Source: an uncultured Staphylococcaceae bacterium (lineage in GTDB: Bacteria; Bacillota_I; Bacilli_A; RFN20; CAG-826). From it: DNA of 64,000 nt. Below the pieces are notes generated by a model. It did no database searches. It saw only the letters and a program-made list of their open reading frames with translations, and was not told where the DNA came from. The translations under genes and the position numbers were made by a program. The stretch is from positions 1,717 to 65,716 of the forward strand of contig CAYLSZ010000002.1 of the NCBI GenBank assembly GCA_964386745.1, written 5' to 3'. Of the stretch, positions 26,478 through 34,822 are shown in pieces; position 1 is the first letter of the stretch; every line of letters begins with the position of its first letter.

Positions 26478-27807
26478 TGAAATTATTGTTAAAACTAGTA
26501 CAGAAAATTTAACTAATATTCAACGGCATAATAACAATAGTTCTATTTCAAAAGACAAAAAGTCTCTTGCCTTATTCGAAGAATATGGCGTTGATGCAAA
26601 TGAAGCATCAAATTCTATGGATGTATATATTCAAGAAGAATATGTTGAATTCGATGAAATTATACTAACAGAATATCTAACTAACGAGTTAGGTATTAGC
26701 ACATTAGATTTAGGAAGTTCCTATACTCAGGAATATACGCACAATAAAGGTTATATAAAATTCACAACTAAAGCCTATGCACTCGGATTTTATGATAACA
26801 ACATCGTTTATCATGTCGAAGTGACAACCGAACAGCAAAAGAGATTCATCGTTAATCAAAATGATAACTTAATAATTAGACATGGCGATAACTCTGCAAC
26901 CTTAAATTTAGTTAATTATCCTGCAACTGGTACAAGACTAATACCTTATACATTGAAAAACGATAATACTACTTATTACGATGAGGAAACATTAACAGCA
27001 GATTACTCTTGCGCAGACGCTGGTGTTTATTATACGTTCCGAACAAGAGGATCTTCTTATACTGATTCTTTAAGTAGCGTAACAGTTGGCAATTCGATAG
27101 TAACTGCGGATTATTATATGGTCGCAACTGACACAACCGAAGTTCAACCAGTATATGTTCATAATTATGATTGGTTTGTGGAATCATTAGATATTTCTTT
27201 CGGTCCTATCGGTACAAGCTTTAGTATTCCTAATTCTGATGATGTTATGGAAGGAACAACCATGACATTAAAAGGTTACGACTCTGCGATAAGCCGTCAA
27301 ACATATACTTTGAATCCAGAAGATTGGGAATTTGATGCAAGATATTACTTTAAAAACGAGGGGATTAAAACCAAAACAATAACAGTTGACGATTTAACAA
27401 TCACAACCAAAAGATTAAGATGCGGATACATTGAGGAAGAATATATTAATCTTTCTCCAAATAGATATAATGCAGGTGATGCTTATCTTGAATTGAGTTT
27501 TAATAAGCCTATATATGAAATGGATGTTTATATTTCATTTTGGAGTAAATATGAGAATCTATCATCTGATGGCGACTATGCTTATATTCAATATTTAAAT
27601 GAAGACGACGAATGGATAACCTATGTTGATCTATTAAGTGCTGGCATATCGACTGACCGCACTTCTCAAACATTTATTGAATGCGACATCATTGAAGGTA
27701 CTTATGGAATAAAATTTGTATCTCATAAAGAAACACCTGACACCGATAGAAATATGGGTAGAATTAGTATCGGTAGCATAAAATTTATAACTAACTATAT
27801 CGACTAA
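26404..27807 (+). CDS. secreted protein of unknown function
   Basis: 467 aa with an N-terminal signal-like segment (LILAGILALGVGSSA). I recognise no domain. Confidence 0.6.
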   Translation: MNSLILAGILALGVGSSAIPNATQNEIIVKTSTENLTNIQRHNNNSSISKDKKSLALFEEYGVDANEASNSMDVYIQEEYVEFDEIILTEYLTNELGISTLDLGSSYTQEYTHNKGYIKFTTKAYALGFYDNNIVYHVEVTTEQQKRFIVNQNDNLIIRHGDNSATLNLVNYPATGTRLIPYTLKNDNTTYYDEETLTADYSCADAGVYYTFRTRGSSYTDSLSSVTVGNSIVTADYYMVATDTTEVQPVYVHNYDWFVESLDISFGPIGTSFSIPNSDDVMEGTTMTLKGYDSAISRQTYTLNPEDWEFDARYYFKNEGIKTKTITVDDLTITTKRLRCGYIEEEYINLSPNRYNAGDAYLELSFNKPIYEMDVYISFWSKYENLSSDGDYAYIQYLNEDDEWITYVDLLSAGISTDRTSQTFIECDIIEGTYGIKFVSHKETPDTDRNMGRISIGSIKFITNYID

Positions 27808-27824
27808 AGACACTTAATCCACAT

Positions 27825-27853
27825 AAAAAGCTGCCTTAAGGGCAGCTTTTTTC
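27825..27853. terminator. bidirectional terminator
   Basis: AAAAAGCTGCC-TTAAG-GGCAGCTTTTTT between convergent genes. Confidence 0.85.
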
Positions 27854-27874
27854 TTGCTTGATTAATTATATTAA

Positions 27875-28417
27875 TTAATAATTCTTAGCTTCTAATTCGA
27901 AGTAAGCTTGTGGATGATTGCAGCATGGGCAAACTTTTGGAGCTTCAGTTCCGACATAGATATATCCACAATTACGGCATTTCCAAACTTTAATACCAGT
28001 TTTCTTAGTAAAAACTTCGTTTGAATTGATATTTTTATATAAAGCTAAATATCTTTCTTCGTGATGTTTTTCAACTTCACCGACTAATCTAAATTTAGCG
28101 GCTAACTCTTTAAAACCTTCTTTTTCAGCAGTTTCAGCAAATTCTTTATACATATCAGTCCATTCATAGTTTTCGCCTTCAGCTGCTGCTTTTAAATTAG
28201 CTAAAGTATCGCCAATTCCATCAAGTTCTTTAAACCACATTTTGGCATGTTCTTTTTCGTTTTCAGCAGTTTCTAAAAAGATTGCTGCGATTTGTTCATA
28301 ACCAGCTTTTTTAGCTACGCTAGCAAAAAATGTATATTTATTTCTTGCTTGGCTTTCTCCTGCGAAAGCAGTTTGTAAATTTTTATAAGTTTGAGTTCCT
28401 TCGTATTTATTTGCCAT
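27875..28417 (-). CDS. rbr: rubrerythrin
   Basis: 180 aa. Ferritin-like diiron EEKEH/EKHH motifs plus a C-terminal rubredoxin CxxC...CPxC. Confidence 0.9.
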   Translation of the reverse strand: MANKYEGTQTYKNLQTAFAGESQARNKYTFFASVAKKAGYEQIAAIFLETAENEKEHAKMWFKELDGIGDTLANLKAAAEGENYEWTDMYKEFAETAEKEGFKELAAKFRLVGEVEKHHEERYLALYKNINSNEVFTKKTGIKVWKCRNCGYIYVGTEAPKVCPCCNHPQAYFELEAKNY

Positions 28418-28418
28418 A

Positions 28419-28535
28419 TTAATTTTCCTCCACTAACTCTAAATCTTCTCCGCTTGCTCCACAAACTGGGCAAGTTGGGTTTTCTTCTTCGGTCTCAAAT
28501 TCGATACCACATAATAAGCATTTGTATTTTTTCAT
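28419..28535 (-). CDS. 38-aa rubredoxin-like zinc/iron-ribbon protein (below the ORF-track size cut-off)
   Basis: My translation gives [43 protein letters not shown] lies 5 nt upstream. The stop lies 1 nt before the rbr start. Confidence 0.65.
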   Translation of the reverse strand: MKKYKCLLCGIEFETEEENPTCPVCGASGEDLELVEEN

Positions 28536-28563
28536 ATATTCCTCCATTACAAGACACTTATTT

Positions 28564-28941
28564 TTAAGAAATTTCTTTCTTTAAACACTCACAACAAATT
28601 CCATAATAGATCGTGTTTGTGGTAAGGACTTTGTTACCATCGACATAGTCTATATGGGACTCACTATCCATCGGAATATCGATAATGTTATGACACTTCT
28701 CGCACACAAAATGCGAATGAGGACCTTGTTCCCCAATCTCATAATAATTATCTTTCAAATTTATCGAAATACGAGTTAGCATTTTTTCTTGTACTAAAGC
28801 GTCAAGATTACGATAGATAGTAGCTAATGACATCGTATAGCCAAAACTAGCGACATATTCTTGAATGTCTTTAACCCTAGCGTGACCTGCATGAGCGACT
28901 GCATCTAGAATGATTTTTCTTTGAATCGTAAATCTTTCCAT
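28564..28941 (-). CDS. Fur family regulator (PerR-like)
   Basis: 125 aa. HTH plus HSHFVCEKC...CCEC metal sites. Lies upstream of the rubredoxin-like ORF and rbr. Confidence 0.8.
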   Translation of the reverse strand: MERFTIQRKIILDAVAHAGHARVKDIQEYVASFGYTMSLATIYRNLDALVQEKMLTRISINLKDNYYEIGEQGPHSHFVCEKCHNIIDIPMDSESHIDYVDGNKVLTTNTIYYGICCECLKKEIS

Positions 28942-29015
28942 TTCAATAAATATTCCTTATTAATAAAAATTATATATAAGGAATTATTATTTTCAAGACA
29001 TACGCTTAAATATTT

Positions 29016-30188
29016 TTATATTTTAAAATGCTCGAACTTCTTAACGTTGCCGTAACGGATATAGTTAACTTCGTTTTTAAAGTTTTTGGTTTGCGATTGG
29101 AAACTTTTTATTAGATAAAATAGCGTCTTTTTGAAGAATTCCTTCTTATCTTTCGGGAGTTTCATATATTTATTCACCATTTTGAGCATCGATTTGACCG
29201 CATTTTTTCTTAAATCATCAGAATCTTTCGCTTCACAGCTTTCAACAAGTTCCCAAGTTATATCTAGAAAATCTTTTCTTTCCTCTTCACTTAAATTTTC
29301 TACATAATCATTGACCGCTTTATTCATACATCGACTGTTTGCCGATAAATATGTTGCATATATAAAGTTATTATTTTTGATTTTCCAGGTAAAACAATCG
29401 TGTTGAAATAGCCCTTTTGCATAGGATTCGATAACAAATAGCTCTTTTATATCGTTAAAAATAATGCCAATAACCGACATATTTGGAACTATCGAGATTG
29501 TTTTCTTATAGATTTCTTCGATTTCTGGAGTCATCGATAATTTACTAAAACCAGGGCCATCAAAATTAAATACTTTTTCGATTTTTTCATTTATTTTGGT
29601 GTCAGCATGGGCTGCTGAATATAAAGCTAAATTACCACCTTTAGAGTGGCCGCCTACATAAATATGTTTCGTCTTTTTGACTATATTTTTGAGTTCATTT
29701 ATATATTCAGTACCGGTTAATTGACTAGGAATATTCTTTTGATAAGACATATTAAAGTCTTCTTTCCATCCAGTTAAAGTCGAATCGGTACCACTATAAG
29801 AAACATAAATCGTATCGCTATTCAACCTTATACATATTGCCGAAAATTGTTCTTCAAGTTCTTCGCTAAATACGCGTTTATAGTGAAATAAAGTTAGGTC
29901 TTTATAGCGAATTTGCTTACTAATTAAGGCTAGCATTGCATTTCGATATTCATTAACCCCGTCTTTAGCAATTAATTCCGGATACATCAAAAGAATATTT
30001 CGCGCCTCAGTTATAGTCATCAATTCGTTATTTTTTTCAGCCATAAAATCGAAGCGAAAATACGACATAATTGAAAAAACTAAAGCATCAATAATATTAA
30101 AATCGAGTTGGTCGAACCTCTTATTACCAACTCTTTCTATATAGTCAAATAAATCAGATTTTAGGGCACCCCTTCCTTTTTTCGCCAT
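29016..30188 (-). CDS. DUF2974 (Mbeg1-like) alpha/beta-hydrolase family protein
   Basis: 390 aa. GHSKGGNLA nucleophile-elbow motif. Confidence 0.7.
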   Translation of the reverse strand: MAKKGRGALKSDLFDYIERVGNKRFDQLDFNIIDALVFSIMSYFRFDFMAEKNNELMTITEARNILLMYPELIAKDGVNEYRNAMLALISKQIRYKDLTLFHYKRVFSEELEEQFSAICIRLNSDTIYVSYSGTDSTLTGWKEDFNMSYQKNIPSQLTGTEYINELKNIVKKTKHIYVGGHSKGGNLALYSAAHADTKINEKIEKVFNFDGPGFSKLSMTPEIEEIYKKTISIVPNMSVIGIIFNDIKELFVIESYAKGLFQHDCFTWKIKNNNFIYATYLSANSRCMNKAVNDYVENLSEEERKDFLDITWELVESCEAKDSDDLRKNAVKSMLKMVNKYMKLPKDKKEFFKKTLFYLIKSFQSQTKNFKNEVNYIRYGNVKKFEHFKI

Positions 30189-30259
30189 GCGATAATTTTA
30201 TTATCGTCGAATAAAAAACTAAATCGAAAATATGGTTGTGTCCAATAATTCTGCCAAAT

Positions 30260-30284
30260 AAAAAGCCACTTTAAGTGGCTTTTG
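30260..30284 (-). terminator. terminator after the EF-G paralogue
   Basis: AGCCAC-TTAA-GTGGCT with a T-run on the minus strand. Confidence 0.75.
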
Positions 30285-30305
30285 TAGGAGATATTCTCTC
30301 GAATA

Positions 30306-32369
30306 TTATTGTTTATTGAGTAAGGAATTAGCTTGAATTACTCTTGCTTTTAAAGATTCAGGAACTTCTTCATAGCAGTCAACTTCTCTATTGAAGTATC
30401 CACTTCCTTGAGTCAAAGCTTTAAGTTTTGTAACGTAATCGAGCGATTCACTTTCTGGAATAGTTGCGATAATTACAGTAGTATCATCGCCTTTATCATT
30501 TACTTCTTGAACTCTAGCTCTACGGCTATTTAAATCACTCAAAACATCGCCAAGATATTGGTTATTAACATTAATCGTAATTCTTAAAATTGGTTCTAAG
30601 ATAGTTGGCTTACATTTCATATAAGCTTCTTTAAATGCCAAGATAGCCGCCATCTTAAAGGCGAGTTCATTACTATCAACTGGGTGATATTTTCCATCAA
30701 GTAATGTTGCTTTTACGTTTAATACTGGGAAGCCAGCTAAAAGTCCACTTTGTAGCGACTCATAGAACCCTTTTTCGACTGCTGGGAAGTAGTTTTTAGG
30801 AACGCTTCCACCAAAAATTTCTTCAGTAAACGAAGTTTCTTCGCTAGGTTCAAACTTCATTTCGACTACACCATAAAATCCAGAACCACCAGATTGTTTG
30901 ATGTATCTTCCTTGTGCTTGAGCGGTTGCTTTAATAGTTTCTCTATAACAAACTTTTGGATCTTCAGTATTTAAATCGACGTTATAGGTACCTTTTAATT
31001 TTTCTAAAACAAATTGAATATGCGATTCACTTAATCCACCAAGGAGCAATTGTTTAGTTTCGACATTACGACGAGTTTCAATGGTTGGATCTTCTTTTTT
31101 AGTCTTGGTTAATGCAGGATTAAGTTTTTCTTCGTCTTTTTTATCTTTAACACTTATTGCTCTAAAGCAAACCGCGGTAGGGAATTTGACTTCCTTATAT
31201 TTAATATAGTTATTCTTATCGCAAAGGGTATAGGCAGTTAATATATCGTCAAGTTTAGATACGGCACATATATCACCAGCTATAACTTCGGTTGCGTTAA
31301 TTTGATCTTTTCCTTTTAGCCAGAATAAAGATGAAACTTTATATGTTTTATCAGTTTGTGGACAATAAATTTCATCACCTAATTTTAAGGTTCCGCTATC
31401 AACTTTTAATATATTGATTGTTCCTAAATATGGGTCGACTGAAGTTTTAATAACGTATCCACTAAATGGAGCGGTTGGATCAGTTTTACGTTCGACCGTT
31501 TCTCCTTTTTCATTATAACCTTCATAAGGTTTAAGGTCAGTTGGAGCAGGCATATAGTCAACAAACATTTGAAGTAAGGTATGGCTACCAATATTATTAT
31601 GTGCGCTACCAAAAATTACAGGGACAAGTTCTCCTCCTAAAACCGCTTTTCTTAAGCCAGTTTTAATTTCTTCATGAGTTAAAGCTTCACCAGAGAAGAA
31701 TTTTTCTAGCATTGCATCGTCTGTTACTGCAACTGCTTCACAAATCGTATTATGTAATTCTAAAATTTTTGGTTTTTTGGCTTCTTCAATGTCTTCAATA
31801 CTAACTTTATCACCGACTACTCTTCGTGCTTTTAAGTCGATAACATTAATAAAGCCATCAAATGTTTTTTCATGACCTAATGGATAAGTAAATGGGACGC
31901 AGATTTTTCCAAGCTTTTGATATAGTTCAGCCATAATATCGTCGAAGTTTGGATCGACTTTATCCATCTTATTTATATATATAAGGGTAGGAATACCAGC
32001 TTTTCTTAATAATTTAAAGTGTTTGGCAGTTCCAACTTGGACTTTACTAGCAGCATCTATAACTAAAACTGCACCTTTAACACTATGCGTAACACTTAAA
32101 ACTTCCCATAAAAAATCATCATTACCAGGAATATCTAACATATTAATTTTATAACCTTCATATTCTACTGGAACGATGCTAGTCGAGACGCTACTTAATC
32201 TATTTTTTTCTTCTTTTAAGTAGTCACTAATGGTATTTTTCTTTTCGATCGAGCCTTTAGGCTCTTTTGTCACAATCGAATTGATCGATTCGACAAGACT
32301 AGTTTTACCCGATCCTTGATGTCCAAGGAAAGCGATATTTCGTATATTATTCGAATTTAAGCTCATCAT
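30306..32369 (-). CDS. elongation factor G family GTPase paralogue
   Basis: 687 aa with five-domain EF-G architecture. G1 GHQGSGKTS, G3 DIPGNDDF, G4 NKMD. Confidence 0.8.
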   Translation of the reverse strand: MMSLNSNNIRNIAFLGHQGSGKTSLVESINSIVTKEPKGSIEKKNTISDYLKEEKNRLSSVSTSIVPVEYEGYKINMLDIPGNDDFLWEVLSVTHSVKGAVLVIDAASKVQVGTAKHFKLLRKAGIPTLIYINKMDKVDPNFDDIMAELYQKLGKICVPFTYPLGHEKTFDGFINVIDLKARRVVGDKVSIEDIEEAKKPKILELHNTICEAVAVTDDAMLEKFFSGEALTHEEIKTGLRKAVLGGELVPVIFGSAHNNIGSHTLLQMFVDYMPAPTDLKPYEGYNEKGETVERKTDPTAPFSGYVIKTSVDPYLGTINILKVDSGTLKLGDEIYCPQTDKTYKVSSLFWLKGKDQINATEVIAGDICAVSKLDDILTAYTLCDKNNYIKYKEVKFPTAVCFRAISVKDKKDEEKLNPALTKTKKEDPTIETRRNVETKQLLLGGLSESHIQFVLEKLKGTYNVDLNTEDPKVCYRETIKATAQAQGRYIKQSGGSGFYGVVEMKFEPSEETSFTEEIFGGSVPKNYFPAVEKGFYESLQSGLLAGFPVLNVKATLLDGKYHPVDSNELAFKMAAILAFKEAYMKCKPTILEPILRITINVNNQYLGDVLSDLNSRRARVQEVNDKGDDTTVIIATIPESESLDYVTKLKALTQGSGYFNREVDCYEEVPESLKARVIQANSLLNKQ

Positions 32370-32513
32370 TTTCTCCTTTCAATGTAAGCGCTTTCACGTA
32401 TTACAATAAGTATAGAATAAAATCTCGAAATTATAAAGAAATAGCGTATTTCTCCTACTAAATTTATATCGTTTCTAATATAATTTACTTAACATGAAAA
32501 AAGGAGAATTATA

Positions 32514-33452
32514 ATGAAAAAACAGATTTACGTATCGGGGCTATTAAACTTTGAGACAATTCTTGGAATCGATACCTTCCCAGTTCAATATTGTCCAATC
32601 GAATATCCATTCGATAGAATTCATAGCACCGTTTCAGGAACCGCTTACAATATTTCTAAAGCCTTAAAAACTTTAGGAAATAAAGTCACCTTATCTAGTC
32701 ACGTTGGAAAAGATTTAACAGGTAGAACCATCGTTAGTCAAATTAAAAAAGCTAGAATTAATGTAGGAAAAATTGATACTACTTTAGAATCAACACCAAA
32801 CCAAGTCGTCTTAGTTGACTATGATGGAAATACCAAAACCTATTGCGATCTTAAAAATATTCAATATATTGAAAGCGATCCAAAAATCGAAGAAGAATAT
32901 ATGAAAGACGCTGACTTAGTCGTCTTATGTAACAATAATTTCAATAGACCTTTATTAAAGAAAGCTAAAGAATTAGGCAAAAAGATTGCTACCGACGTCC
33001 ATATTATTGGCGACGTTCACGATGAATTTAATGAAGAATTCATCGCCAATAGCGATATCCTCTTCTTATCTAGCAAAGGTTTAGCTAACTATAATTACGA
33101 AGACTTCTTATTATCTATTTATAATAAATATCACAATGAAATCATTGTCTTAGGCGAAGGCCGTGAAGGCGCTATGATCTTAGATAGCAAAAAACATATG
33201 ATTTATCATATCGATGCTATAACTCTTAGACCAATCGTTAATACTGTTGGTAGTCGTGATGCCTTATTCAGTGCATTCTTACACTACTACTTAAAAGGTA
33301 AAGATTCTCTTGAATGTTTAAAACTTGCTGAAGTATTCACTAGCTATAAAATCGGTGAAGCCGGAGGCTCAAACGGTTTCTTAAAACAACCAGCCCTAAA
33401 TAAACTTAGAAAAGAAGTAAGTTTAACAGTTTACGAAATCAAAAGTTTTTAA
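32514..33452 (+). CDS. PfkB family carbohydrate kinase
   Basis: 312 aa, ribokinase-like pattern ending in GAGGSNGF-type anion-hole residues. Confidence 0.7.
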   Translation: MKKQIYVSGLLNFETILGIDTFPVQYCPIEYPFDRIHSTVSGTAYNISKALKTLGNKVTLSSHVGKDLTGRTIVSQIKKARINVGKIDTTLESTPNQVVLVDYDGNTKTYCDLKNIQYIESDPKIEEEYMKDADLVVLCNNNFNRPLLKKAKELGKKIATDVHIIGDVHDEFNEEFIANSDILFLSSKGLANYNYEDFLLSIYNKYHNEIIVLGEGREGAMILDSKKHMIYHIDAITLRPIVNTVGSRDALFSAFLHYYLKGKDSLECLKLAEVFTSYKIGEAGGSNGFLKQPALNKLRKEVSLTVYEIKSF

Positions 33453-33478
33453 AAAATAACCAAGATCTGCAAGGTTAA
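33451..33478 (-). repeat. CTGCAG-core repeat, degenerate copy
   Basis: AAAAAATAACCAAGATCTGCAAGGTT compared with AAAAAATAGTTGAGATCTGCAGGGTT. Confidence 0.45.
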
Positions 33479-33479
33479 A

Positions 33480-33501
33480 GCGGCAAAAATGCCGCTTTTT
33501 T
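33480..33501 (+). terminator. terminator after the PfkB kinase gene
   Basis: GCGGCA-AAAA-TGCCGC followed by TTTTTT. Confidence 0.8.
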
Positions 33502-33593
33502 GTTTGCGCTTTAAAATGAGCGAAAAATATAGGTTTTATCAATAATTTTGCCTATTTTTGAACCGCTTCTTTTGGTTTATTTTTGACTATTTT

Positions 33594-33639
33594 AAAAAAT
33601 AGTTGGGTTCTGCAGGTTTATTCTTAAAATTAGCGTTTC
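33594..33639 (-). repeat. CTGCAG-core dispersed repeat copy
   Basis: AAAAAATAGTTGGGTTCTGCAGGTTTATTCTTAAAATTAGCG. Confidence 0.7.
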
Positions 33640-33681
33640 CACGTGAAAACTTTTAAAGGTTTCCACACACTAAATTTAATC

Positions 33682-34791
33682 TTATTTTTGGGTCTCGAAT
33701 GCTTTTGCAACTTTAACTAGATAATCAGTTATTTTTATATGTTGAGGGCATATTCTTTCACACTTCTTACACTTAATACAGTCGCTGGCTTTACCATAAT
33801 TTTTGGAGATATTGCCATAATAAACATTTTGTGTGAAATTGCCCTTCGATAACTTTTGTTGATGGATATTATATAGAGCAAAATATTTAGGAATTGGTAT
33901 ATTTCTCGGACATCCTTCAAGACAATATCCACAAGCCGTACAAGGAATCTCGATTGTGCTATTAATTTTATCCACTACTGCATCAATAACCTTATATTCA
34001 TCATCATTTAATGGCTTAAAGTCCTTCATATAAGATAAATTATCAGTCATTTGCTCCAAAGTAGACATTCCACTTAAGACCATATAGGCCTTTTCAAGGC
34101 TTGCAGCATAGCGAATTCCCCAACTTGCTATACTTAAATCAGGTTTTGCTTTCTTAAATATTTCTTTTATATCGTCAGCAACATTTGCAAGCGTTCCGCC
34201 CTTTAAAGGCTCCATAACAATGACTTTTTTGCCATATTTTTCACATACTTCGTAGCATTTTCTACTAGCAATGCCTTCATTTTCCCAATCTAAATAGTTA
34301 ATTTGTAGTTGAACATACTCTACTTCAGGATGTTTTTCTAAGATTTTATCTAATAATTCAGGTGTGTCATGATAGCTAAACCCAATATGTTTAACCTTTC
34401 CTTCATTCTTTTTATCTACAATATATTGAAAACAATCGAACTTTTCCGCTACTTCAATACTATGAGAGCAAACATGATGCAATAAATAGATGTCAAAATA
34501 ATCAACGCCACAATTTTCGAGCTGTTCATTAAAGATTCTATCGACATCTTCTTTATTTTTAAGCATCATTAAAGGCATTTTAGTGGTAATTGTATATTTA
34601 TCGCGTGGATAACGGTCTTTTACACAAGTTTTAAACACCTTTTCACTACGATGATCCATATACATATAGGCGGTATCGAAATAGAAAAAGCCACTAGAAA
34701 TAAACTCATCGACCATCTTATTAATTTGGTCGATATCAATTTCTTCACCAATTGTTGGCAAACGCATTAATCCAAAACCTAATTTCTTCAT
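33682..34791 (-). CDS. aldo/keto reductase with a C-terminal 4Fe-4S ferredoxin domain
   Basis: Start at MKKLGFGLMRLP (GGAGA upstream). AKR core plus CxxCxxCxxxCP and CxxCxxCxxxCP. Confidence 0.8.
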   Translation of the reverse strand: MKKLGFGLMRLPTIGEEIDIDQINKMVDEFISSGFFYFDTAYMYMDHRSEKVFKTCVKDRYPRDKYTITTKMPLMMLKNKEDVDRIFNEQLENCGVDYFDIYLLHHVCSHSIEVAEKFDCFQYIVDKKNEGKVKHIGFSYHDTPELLDKILEKHPEVEYVQLQINYLDWENEGIASRKCYEVCEKYGKKVIVMEPLKGGTLANVADDIKEIFKKAKPDLSIASWGIRYAASLEKAYMVLSGMSTLEQMTDNLSYMKDFKPLNDDEYKVIDAVVDKINSTIEIPCTACGYCLEGCPRNIPIPKYFALYNIHQQKLSKGNFTQNVYYGNISKNYGKASDCIKCKKCERICPQHIKITDYLVKVAKAFETQK

Positions 34792-34822
34792 ATGTTTCTC
34801 CAATATTGTGTCTTTAATACAT

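Noticed and set aside
33634-33667. GTTTCCACGTGAAAAC near-palindrome and a second GTTTCCAC 20 nt downstream
   Set aside because: It lies downstream of both convergent genes with nothing to regulate. It is a single occurrence, possibly part of a terminator or repeat flank.
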